Origin: Lama glama
Lineage: Eukaryota
DNA: 64,000 nucleotides
NCBI GenBank assembly: GCA_028534125.1
Contig: CM052816.1
Location: 101,556,001-101,620,000, forward strand
Reading direction: 5' to 3'
How positions within the stretch are numbered: the stretch's first letter is position 1; each line of letters opens with the position of its first letter. The notes under the pieces are model-generated. The model was not told the DNA's origin. It made no database searches and saw only the letters and a program-made list of their open reading frames with translations. Below are positions 47,690 to 58,757 of the stretch, piece by piece. The translations under genes were made by a program, and so were the position numbers.

Positions 47690-48900
47690 TCCAGCTGGAG
47701 TTGGCGGGGGTGGTGGGGGGGCGCTGCCGCCGCTTGTTCCGGGGAAAACGGCCCAGCTGCGCACCGCGTCTAGTGCCCGGCACGGATCCGCCTCCCCGCC
47801 TCGGCCCGACCCCACCCAGGCGCTCGCCCCACGCTCCTGCCGTCCACCAAACTCTCGGGGAGCGGCCGCACTTCCCGCCCCACCCTGAGCCCCCTCCGTT
47901 GGGGCCGAGCCCCATTACCCGGAATCCCTGTGTTGGCCCGCGAGTCTCCGTGGGGAGGCCAGCACCTGGTCGCCCCGCCTGGGAGGCCCACCGGGGAGCC
48001 CATCCACCCACCCGCGTCCGGGGTCCCGTGGGGCCAAGTGGGCCGCACAGGCACCGCCCCCGCCCCGCGCCGCGCGGAGCCGCTTGGCCCCGGGGCCCGC
48101 GCCGACCCGCCTTGTAAGGCAGAGGCTGCGCTCCGGCTGCCTCGATCGCCCCGCGCTCCCGGGCGGGAGGGGCCGGGGCGGAGCCGCCCAGAGCGCGCAG
48201 GGAGGGCCTGAGGGGCGTGTCGGGTGGGGGCCAGTGGGGCCCGGCCAACAGGCCGCGTCCTCCAATGAGAACGCGGGCCGGGCAGGGCGTGGGGCTGCTC
48301 AGGCGCGGAAGCGGGGAGCCGGGGCGGGCCAGTGGTGGGGCCCGGCGGGTCTAGGGCGGGCTAGAGGCCGGGGGCGGGGCTGGCCGGCCTGTGGGTGGGG
48401 CCGACGGGCTGGGGGCGGTGGCGCGAGCGCAGGCCGGGCACCGGGTCGCGCGCGACCGAGTCGCGGAGGCGCCGCCGCTGCAGTCGCCGCATCTCCGAGG
48501 TAAGTGGCCGCGGGGCTCGGTCTCGGGGAGCGGCGCGCAGGACGCGCCGCTTCTGCCACCTGCGCCCGCAGGCCGGTGCACGCCACTCATTCCCGGAGCG
48601 CGCCCGCGCCCCTTCCCCAAGGCCCAGTGCCTCTGTGCGCCCCGCGCCCGGAGCTTGCAGGCGATTCGCCCGGCGCTCTGGCCTCCGCGGCTGCATCGGG
48701 GCGCGGGTCTTGGGGCGCAGGAGCGCGGGCGGGAGTGGCCGTCGGTGCAAAGGACAGGTTTATAATTGGGCCCTGAATGAGGAGGCGCTGTGGCCTTTCT
48801 TCGCGTCGGTGCGTAACGCGGAGGAGAGCGCCCGTTGCAGCCCCTCCCCTCTCCGTGTCCACCGACATAAACACTGTTCCTCAACGCCCAGGCCTGGGGT
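47690..48900. promoter_or_regulatory. TPPP: TPPP CpG-island promoter
   Basis: Very high GC and CpG density, with multiple GC boxes (e.g. GGGGCGGGGC at 48371-48380), CCAAT at 48262-48266 and a G4 motif at 48161-48178. Confidence 0.88.
48430..48499 (+). other. TPPP: TPPP non-coding first exon (5' end approximate)
   Basis: Consensus donor GAG|GTAAGT at 48499/48500, inside the CpG island and just after the GC-box cluster. The TSS cannot be determined from sequence. Confidence 0.7.
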
Positions 48901-51900
48901 GGTGGCTGCTAGCCAGGCGGCGCTCTCCGAAAATAGGGCTTAGAGGGTCTGAAATGAGCCACTGTCATATAGCCCGAGTTTTAGGAGACCTAGGGCCACA
49001 GGAAGGGCTGTTTGTGTCCAGGGGCCCAGAATGAGTGTGTTCCTTTGGCGGGGACTCTGCCGCCCCTCTCGGGGTCTCAAGCCCCTCTCAGTCGGCATTA
49101 GCTTTACAGTTCGTGATCGGCGCAGGTGAGAGTGTCAGACTGCGGTTTGCAAATCCAGAAGCTTCCCGGGAGGGGTGTTATGTTTTCTTACCGCGTGTGG
49201 GCACAGAACCCGCAATCAAGATAAAGAGGTTGGCTGCCAATATATTTTTTTCCACATCCCTCTGGGGACCAGTGCCCCGCTTTTGAAGGAGGATCCTGAG
49301 GAACCCTTTATTCTGCGGCTTCAGTTACGTAAATGAAGCCTTGAAGTGAGGTGGGAAGAAGCCCCATTTGGCTGCCCTCCCCCGACTGTTGTTTTGATAG
49401 GCGTGCTGTGTTCTCTGAAGATGAGACACCTTTTAGGAGAAGCTGCCTATGCAGTCATCCATCCGTCTGCATATTTATTGGCTAATTTGCCTGACATGTA
49501 TTGGATGCTTGCTGAGTCCGCAGGGGACGCCGATAAAAGGGCCTAGCTCCCATGGCCCCCACCGCTTGCCAGCCTCCCAGGACTCCCCATGGCTAGTCTC
49601 TCAGGGAGGGCAAGCTGGGGTGGGGGGCCTCCCCAGAGCCCAGGGCAACCCCTGCCGCCTAGGAGGTGGTCAGTAAACCCTGACCTGAATTCCAAGTGCA
49701 CTGGGACCACATCTGGGGATGGAGCCATGGGGCTGGAGGTGGGGAGTGCTTGGAACAGGCCGGAAATGGGGGAAGAGAAGGGGCCAGTGAGACAGGCGGT
49801 TTGCGGCACCTTAAACTGGACTCCATGATTCCTTCTCCGGCATCAGCCCCTGTTCCCACCACATAGTTGGAGACAACGGGCTGGGTGATGGCTGGGGGGG
49901 GCGGTGTTGCTGGTGAATCTCTTGGGAGCGTCTGCAAAGTGCATGTCACTCAGTCTGTTTTTCTGGAGAAAGGGGCTGTGGCTTCAGTGATTTCCAGAGG
50001 GACCCATGACTCAGAAAGGTACCATGATTTAAGAACCATATTGAAAATTCCTCTCCATCTTTTCGGAATCACGAAGGGATGGAGATCAGAGGAAGCTGTG
50101 TTGGCGTCTCCTTATCTCCTTGGTGTGTTTGGCTGATCTTTCTGAATCCTTTGAAGTTGCAGTAAATAAACTGTTTTAGCTACATACAAAGTTATAGATG
50201 CTTGTTGTGGGAAATGTGCAAATCACAGGAGAATTTCATAAAGAAAATTAAAATCACTTACCACTGATTGAGGTTTAAGAGGAAGCTTTGAGCAGCCAAG
50301 CTGTCCTCCGGGGCAGCGTCCACGTGGCTTCACTCCCTGGTGGGCAGTGGAGCTACTCCCTGCAGAAGAGGCTGAGAATTAAAAGCTTCCTCGGGGAGAG
50401 GCTGTGCTGACTTAGCGCCAGGCCTATTTATAGCTGGTGATGTTGCTGGTGAGGCTGGAGGAGCATGTACAAGAGATGCCATCTGGGGCTACTGGGGCCA
50501 TGAGGCCTGGGGCCCTGCTGCACTTTGAAGCGTCATGTCCTCCTTGGCCAGGAGGTCCGTGCCCTGAGCCTGGCCTGGCACCGTCCAGAAGCCAGGCCAG
50601 ACCGAGGGGGCTGGGCACTGAGCCGAGTCCACCTGAGCCCACAAGCCCTGGACCAGGCGGGCCTGGGACCAGGCAGGAGGAGCAGCGCTGCCGCTGCCCC
50701 AGCGACAGAGGTGTCCTGGGAGGGCAGGCACAGAGCTGCCTGGCAGGCCTGGCCACGTCTGGGGCTCTGACATGGTCTCTCTCCACTGTTGACCCCCCCC
50801 CCCCCGAGACTAGCCTCCTCTTTGGGTGGAGAGGTAGCCGTGTGTCACAACCCGTGGGATCCCCGCCACTGCACCCTACCATGGCTCAGCAGCCCCTCTT
50901 CAAGAGGAAGCTTCACATTAGTTCCTGGAAGTGGCTTTGATTGGCCCTTTTGGCATCACAGAGGGGGCGCAGCCCCCAGGAGGCGTGTGTGGGGGAAGGG
51001 CAGCTCCCCAGGGCCCTGTTGCACTGTCTCCAAATCTTGTTTCCTGATAGGGAGGCAAGACTGGTTCCAGGCCCCAGATTTCCCCTCTAACTGGGCGGCA
51101 GCGTGCGGCGAGGCTCCCTGGAGTCTGAAGTCTCAGTGTCCAACCCTGAGGACCTTCTTTGACGAAGAAGTATGAAAAGTCTTTCACAGGGCGCAAGGAA
51201 AGGGCGGTGCTTTGACTTTGGCACCAAACCAGGGTGTCTTCTGCGACCCCTTCGGCAGGGGAAGTGTGAGCTCGCCCTGGGAGAGTGGCTCATGCCCGGG
51301 TTCCTTTTTCCAGTCAGAGCTGTGGGACGCAGGGCGGCCCTCGCCTCCCTTCCAGTCTAGAAGTTAAGACCCCTCGGAGCCCTTTCTCGGCCCCCCTCCA
51401 CTCCCGCTGCACAGCTTCTCTGTGCCCTTGGCGTGTCCCCGGCGTGTCCCTAGTCTCTGTCTCCTGCCCTGGGCCACATTTCCTGAGGTCTCATCCTGTA
51501 TCCCTGTTGCACCTATTTGTTCAACAGACATCTGTTGACACCTGCCCAGTGCCAGGTGAGCCAGCTCAGGTGAGCCAGCGTGACCTCTGCCCTAGGAAGC
51601 TCTTACTCCAGCGAGAATGCCACAGAAGCCAGCATTCTCCAGGCGACCTGGTCCAGGCCTTACACATCGCCCTCCTGAGTCTCTGCGCCTGCGAGGCGTG
51701 GGCTGCAGACCGAGCCGCTTTTGTAGGAAGACGGTTCACCCAGCTCACCTGGGCCTCACCTCACGTCCACCAGGCTTTGCTGGGTGCTTGGTCCCCAGGT
51801 GTCCCCAAGGCTGCTCCTTCTGGACCCTTCAGATGCAGCACAGAGGCTGCCAGATGCGGTGGCTGCCCGCCCTGTTCTGGGGAGGCTCCGCCTTTGTTGT

Positions 51901-52859
51901 GGCTTACCACCTGAGCGCATTTCCCGGGCCGACAGTCAGCCCTGTGACATCGCAGAGCTCTGCTGTGCTGGCCATCCGCGCGGGGAGCCCGCCCGCCGCC
52001 GTCTCCAGGCCGGCTGTGTGGGTGGTGGGTTTGGTTATTCCCGTTTTCTGGCTCCTGTGCACGGGGCTGCCTGAGCCTTCTGGCCGCTTTCTCTGCAGAA
52101 GCGTGCAGGTGACTCTGCTGGGCAGACCCCGGGAGTGGAGGGCCAGGGCCCTCGGCGTCCCTCTCTCCAGCCCAGACTTGCCGGCAGCTCCCCGAAGTCG
52201 GGCTGGCGCCTGCGTTTCCTGCTAATGGGGCAGAGCCCCGCACCCCCCACCGTCGCGGGCGGCTGGGGCCCTTCTAGCCCCTGGCTGTGTCTCCAGAGCT
52301 GTCATTCTTGCTGCCTGCCCTGCCCTCTGTGGATTCTGGAGACAAGCAGCGTTGCCGCGTGCCGCCCACCTTCTCACTACCTCAGTGATATTTTTTGGTG
52401 AACAGAAGTTCTTAATTTTAATCTTGTGCCATCCCAGGACCTTTTCCAAGGAGGTGGTGGGTTTGTGTCCTTTGTAGGGAGCCTTCCCCACCCCCAGGAC
52501 GTCAGATACCCTCAAGCCTCACCTTCCTGAGGTTGCCTTTCCTGCAGCCTGAATGCTTACCTGAACCTGCATGAGTTTTCATTCAGTCAGCCCATTTACT
52601 GAGAGCCTCTCTCCCCCCCTGTCCCGGCAGGACACCCCTCTCGTAAGCCTGTCGCTGCACGTGTGTGGATGGATTGGGGCTCTCCGGCCTGGTGGTTTAC
52701 TCTCTGTCCTTCCACCGGGACCACACACCAGGCCGTCCTCATTTCCAGGACCTCCCGGCAAGTCCCCATCAGGGGCAGACCCTCCACCTGCCCCTCCTTC
52801 AAGATCTCTGGTTTATTCATGGCCCTTTGCCTTTTCGTATGTGTTTTACATTCAGCTTG

Positions 52860-54400
52860 TCTCACTACCCAGACATAAGCAGTTTTGGAAGTTTTATTTG
52901 GATTAAATTAAAACTGTGGATGAATTTGGAGATAATTGATATCTTTGTATGTTCAGCATGAATCAGCATTCGTAATACTATTCTTTCAACAGTGCTTCAG
53001 TTTTCTTTGTCGACTGTCTTAACCATCTTTTGTTTCTTTTGTTACATTTATTAGTAGCTAATTGCTGTTTCCTCACAATATTTTAGTGGTGTATTTTTAA
53101 ATACCTTTTATTGTCTGTTTTTGCTGCTACAAGGACATAAGATAGATTTTTGTGTGCTGACCATGTATCCAGAGGCCTTGCTAAACTCACGTTGATTTTA
53201 ATAACCTTCCTGGGATTGCACACAGCCGTGGAAACTGCAGATAACGCGAGTTTCATTCCTTCCCCTGTGATGCTTGTATCATTCACTTCCTTTTCTTGCC
53301 TTATCACTGACGGTGTGGAGAAGTGGTGATGTGGACCCTGCGTCCTCCTCTCACTCCAGCTTGAAACTTTTCAATAGTTTATTGTTAAGTATGATGATTT
53401 TTGTAGTTTTTTTAAGGCACTCAGTATCAAATTAAGGAATTTCCTTCTTTTTTTAATTTGCTGACACGTTTGATGGTGAATCAATGCTGAACTCCATCAA
53501 ATGCTTCGCCTGCATTTATCAAGACGGCGACATGATTTTGGGTCTCTGTTCTCTTATGTGATGAAATATATTGATTAATGTTAAACCAACCTTGCATTCC
53601 TGGCATACGCCCAACTTGACTGTAAGGTGTTGATCCTTTTTCTCTCTCATCAGATTCAGCTTTTTAGGATTTTGTGTAGTGTTTTTGCATCTTTGTTTGT
53701 AAATGAGATAGGCATAAAATTTTCTGTCCTTGAGCTGCCCTTACCAGGTTTTGGTACCAAGATTATTTTAGCCAAAATGAGTGGGAGGTGGGATGCTTCA
53801 TCTTCTACTCTGGAAGAATTTGTGTAAGACTGACATCATTTCTTCTTTTAACATAAGGTAGAATCTGCTGGGGAAGCCGTCTAGGCCTGGAGTTTTCTTT
53901 GTGAGAAGAGTTTTAAACAAGGATTTGAGTCCTTCATAATTATAAGAATTGGTAGTAATTATAAGAACAATGATAAGAGTATCTATTTTTTCTTGTTACC
54001 TTTTGGCAAGGTGGCTTTCGTATTGTTCTTAGAAATCTGTGTGTTTCATTTACATTATCAAATGTACTGGATTAAAATTGTTCATAATATTTTCCTACTG
54101 TGTTTTAATCTCTAGGATCTATAGAACTTGCAGGGATGTCCTCATTTTCCATTCCTGTGCTGCAGTTTTGACCTTCTCTTTCTTTTTCTTGATTAACGTC
54201 CCCAGTTGATAAATTTATCAATTTTATCAGCGCTTTCATGGCATTAACTTTTGAGGTTGTAGGCCTCTGCATTGTAGACTTGTTTTCCAGTTTATTAATT
54301 TTTACTTTTATCTTCAGTGTTTCTGTCGTTTCTGTCCCTAATTTGCTGAGGTTTCTTCTTAACTTCTTAGGTGGCAGTTGACCTGCCTGATTTTCATGTG
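52860..54400 (-). mobile_element. LINE-1 ORF2 remnant (L1ME/MD-like), antisense
   Basis: TCAAATTAAGGAATTTCCTTC, TTAAACCAACCTTGCATTCCTGG, TTACCAGGTTTTGGTACCAAG and GGCCTGGAGTTTTCTTTGTG. Confidence 0.8.
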
Positions 54401-55894
54401 TGTACACAACACACGCACACACATACGTGTGTGTGCACACGTTTCCACCACGTTGAGGTGTTGTCTTGGGATATTTCCAATTCCCACACGTCCTTTTTGC
54501 TGTGTTGAATCTACTGTGCTTTGAAACCCATCTGCCAAATTCTGAATTTTAATTGTTGTGCTTTGGGGGCTGATTTCTAAGGTGTTCTTTCTTCAGAGCT
54601 GCCGCCCTGCCTCTTTACAGCTCCCAGTTCTTGGCTGGAATTCCTCACCTTGTCCTTTTCTCCTTTGCACATGGTGTGCACTGCCCCTTGCTTCTCTGCA
54701 CCCGGCATTCAATTACTTTAAACTCCATGACTGATCCAGCGCCAGTAACTAGCACCTCTGGTCCTTTCTGCCTCCCGAGGTCTCTGCGAGTTCCTGGTGC
54801 TCCCCGCCCCCGAGGCCTGGTTATTTTTTATCATGTGTAGATGCTGTTATCAGAAGAAGTTCATAGCAGTGTTTTCTGTGTCCAGGAGCAAGCTCTTCCG
54901 CTGGAGTGTGTGTGTGTGTCCTGCCGTGTTTGGGGCTCCAGCGGTCCAGGTCCCCTGAATCCAAGTTGTGGGTTCAGAGGAGTGGATCTGACCTGTCCCC
55001 ACCCGCTGGCCCTCACTCCCAGGTGGCCCTTCAGGGACAGCCGTCCTCCAGGCTCAGCCCGCAGGGCCCCGTAGCCCTCGTCCTTGCCTGCGAGCGGGGC
55101 TGGGCTGTCCAGGGTCCCCTCTCCCCAGGGGGTGGTGGGCTGGCCTGCACCCTGGGAGGCCAGAGAGCCTCCTCGTTGGTCTGGGGGCTGTTTCCCACGC
55201 CCTCCACACCTGCCCCTCACTGACGGTGTTTGCACGTCCTGCCTGTGTCTGCCTGTCCCCTCGTGGGCTGCTCGGGACAGGAGGAGCTTTGAGGCCTGAA
55301 GGTGGATGCTGTCCCCTCACCTGCAGGCTGGTCAGACCTGGTTGGCGGCGTCCAAGGTCAGGGAGGTGCCGCCCTTCTCCGCAGCGCCTCTGACTCCGTG
55401 TTCCTGTGGGCAGCCGGGCAGCCTCCCAGGTCCGGCCGCGGCTGTGAGCGGACTCCCTGTTGTCCGGGAGGCTTGGGGCTGGCCCTTGGTGGCTGTTTCT
55501 GTCCGTCTGGTCTTGGGCAGCATCCGGGCCTGGGAGCAGAGCCCTACAGCTGCCCCAGAACCTGGCTGTGCAGACCCGCAGCAGCGGCTGGGCACCCTCG
55601 GTCCGGAAGAGGCCACAGGCACCCACATGCAGCTTAACTTCTCGAATTAACGGATTTCCTGTTGAGGGTCTCGGTGTCCACCCGGTAGAGACACTCCAAC
55701 TGGAGGCCACAACGGGCATCCTGGGGGCAGGTCCCTCCTTAAAGCCTCTCCTCTGGGGCCTCTGGAACCCACCCGCCTAGACCCCTGCCCGGCCTCCCTC
55801 CAGGCTCTGCGCCACCTCCCAGGGCTCCACTCGTCTGCCTCTGGAGCTCTCTTCTCTGGGGGAGGGACCCCTTCTGGTTTCCCTGCTGTGGGAG

Positions 55895-56310
55895 GGTCCT
55901 GGGGCTGCTGTGACAAAGGACCACAGAATGTTGGCTTAAAACAACAGAATTCATCCTCTCCCAGTTCTAGGGCTGGAAGTCTGAGATCCAGGTGTGGCTG
56001 GGCCACTCCCTCCCTGGGCTCCAGGCTGGGTCCTTCCTGCCTCGTCCAGCTCCTGGTGCTCCAGGCGTCCCTGGGCTCGTGGCTGCCTCCCTCCAACCTC
56101 TGCCTCTGTCTTCACGTGCCTTCTCCTCTGTGTCTCCTCTTACAAGGTCACTGTTGTTGGATTTAGGGTCACCCTCATCTAGAGCGGTCCCATCCGGAAG
56201 TCCTTAACTTGATGACACCAGCAAAGACCCTTCTTCCAAACAAGGTCACGTCCACAGGCTCAGGGCTGAGGGCGTGAGCACACCTAGTCCAGGGCCACCA
56301 CTCACCCACT
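55895..56310 (-). mobile_element. ERVL-MaLR solo LTR (MLT1D-like)
   Basis: GGGGCTGCTGTGACAAAGGACCACAGAATGTTGGCTTAAAACAACAGAATTCATCCTCTCCCAGTTCTAGGGCTGGAAGTCTGAGATCCAGGTG...TCCTTAACTTGATGACACCAGCAAAGACCC...CAAGGTCACGTCCACAGG. Confidence 0.85.
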
Positions 56311-58362
56311 ACTCTTGCCCCTGCGTGGGCCCGCCTGACCCCCAGGTTGGCCGCACTGCTGGGTTCACGGGGTTGGTAAGGAAGGCGCTGACAGACAGTA
56401 GAGGCCGGCTCTGCGGCAGGGGGACTGGGGCCCAAGATGTGGCTCATGGGAAGCCAAGCATCTTAGCAGAGTGAGTCCCCCCAAAACTGTCAGGTTTGTG
56501 GTGGCCCAGAGATGTTCCCACTGTTGAACAGCAACCAGTTCTCCTGAGGGGTGGGGATGACGACCCTGGGGGCCCTGTGGCTGCAGTTGGAGACACCCTA
56601 ACCCCCAGCCCCTTCCCCACTTTCCTTTATTGGAAAGGCTCCTAGCTTAGGCCATCTTTTGAGGATCGAAAAACTGTCCTTTGTTCTCCCCACCGCCTCC
56701 CACCATGTCCTGATCCCCAACCCCACCTGCCCGGCAATGTTCCGGGGCAGCTCCCAGGACAACGCAGGATGGAGGATGGGCCACGGCCTGCCTGCAGGTG
56801 TAGGGGGAGCCTCGGGAAGATGCTGGCTTTGCCCCGGGAACAGGGAACCGTGTGGCTGTAATTGTGGTTCTCAGGCTGCTCCGAGGGGCAGGAGGCCCCA
56901 ACTCTGTGGGCCCTTCCCGGCCAGTGGTCTGAAGCTCTGTGGCCAGCACCTGGGTGGCATCCGGCTCAGACAGTGCGGTCGGCCCATCCTGTCGGGATCT
57001 CCGCAGGGACTGTGAATGGAGGTGCTGGGGGTGGCGGGGCCGTGTCCACGCCGGATGGACTCCTGAGACCGCCTGTGCTCTGCATTCAGAGAGGCTGCTT
57101 TGTGCCCGCCCGGGAGGCCCTCGCTGCCTGGGATGAGTGGTCATTCACATCGAGTGTGGGGCAGCGATGGAGTGGGTGGCCGTGTTGTGACTGAGATGTG
57201 CACAATTGCCAGAGGGCTGCCTTGTAGTCCAAAGACTGACACGAAGAGCTGGCGGTGCGGGGCGGGTGGCAGGCAGGGCTATGGGCCTGGGACGCCCTGG
57301 TTCCCCTAGGGCCATTTGTGAGGAGGCTGTGCCCTCGGCAAGGGCAGCCCCAGGGGTGAGGCCAGCCCGAGGCACTGGGGGCCTGAGCCCTGTGGATGGA
57401 GGGGAGCAGGGAAGCAAGCTGGCAGTCGGCGTCCATCCCCTGGGCTTCCAGCCACTTGGTCTTTGCAGTCACTGTCTCTGCAGAGGACCAGGTGTGGGGC
57501 CAATGCCTGCACCTGAAGGGCCTCGCAAGGGGTGGGGTAGGGCAGGGTGTCCCTGGACCAGCTGACCAGGCGTCCCCTCCTCCGTGGGGGGTTTATTTGG
57601 GGCTGTTCCACTGTTCCTCCAGCCCCCTCCCTGTGCCCCTGTCCTGGGACCAAGCCCTGACACAGCGCATCTCAGAGGCTGGGCTGCCCTGGGGCTTGTA
57701 GGCCCCGCACCTGCTCCTCCTCTGCACACGGGGAGAGAGGCTGGTTCAGCTGGTGTTTCCCAGAGGGGCTCCCTAGAGGCGGGGGCAGGAGGAGGGTCTC
57801 ACAGCGCCTGGGGAGGTGGTGTGGTAGGGCTGGAGAGGGTTCCCTGCTCTGGTCCCGGCTCCCAGACACACTCATCCTGCCACATCTGACACCATCCTTA
57901 ACCCCCAACCCAAGTGCTCGCGCAGCTCAGCCAGGCCCCCTCCAGCGAGGCTGGGCCATCCGACTGTGCCCAGGCCGCCTGGGGGGCCGTCTGTGGATCT
58001 GTCTGGTAACATCCAGCAGCTGCGGGCAGAGGCAACTGAGGACACAGGAGAGGTGAGAGGGCTGGAGGATGGAGAGGCCTTGGGAACTGGAAGGCATCTG
58101 CTTCCCAAGGGACAAGGAGCTGGGCCCCACTGGCCTGGTCGGATTACAGAAGTGCCCACAGGTGAGTGTAGATTATGGGCAGGGTGAGGGGGCTGTGTGG
58201 ACCCTGGGAGCGAGGTGCTGAGAGCTGGTTTGCGGGAGCCAGGTAGTGGAGGGGCATTTACACCTGTGGAAGGAGGATAACACTCCATCTTTACTTTCAG
58301 GGCAGACCCACATTCTGCTCCAGGAAGTGGAACTGGGAGAAGCTGTTGTTGCCTTTAATACC

Positions 58363-58757
58363 ACACCTGGCCCTGCTCACCGACACACCTGGCCCGGCTC
58401 AGACACACCTGGCCCGGCTCACAGACACACCTGGCCCTGCTCACCGACACACCTGGCCCGGCTCACAGACACACCTGGCCCTGCTCACCGACACACCTGG
58501 CCCTGCTCACAGACACACCTGGCCCGGCTCACAGACACACCTGGCCCGGCTCAGACACACCTGGCCCTGCTCAGACACACCCGGCCCGGCTCAGACACAC
58601 CTGGCCCGGCTCACAGACACACCTGGCCCTGCTCACAGACACACCTGGCCCGGCTCAGACACACCTGGCCCGGTTCACAGACACACCTGGCCCTACTCAG
58701 ACACACCTGGCCCTGCTCACAGACACACCTGGCCCTGCTCAGACACACCCGGCCCTG
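58363..58757. repeat. Minisatellite/VNTR, 20/22-bp unit, 18 full copies plus a partial
   Basis: Consensus ACACCTGGCCC(T/G)GCTCA(CA)GAC. Units were counted by hand from 58363 to 58744, with a partial unit to 58757. Confidence 0.95.

Noticed and set aside
54415-54436. 9-bp hairpin GCACACACA-TACG-TGTGTGTGC
   Set aside because: By-product of abutting (CA)n and (TG)n runs, too short for a miRNA or other ncRNA call.
56203-56212. Other TCCTTAAC U12-branch-like octamers (here, ~42933 and ~57897)
   Set aside because: No U12 donor upstream in those introns. The one at ~56203 is part of the MLT1 consensus.
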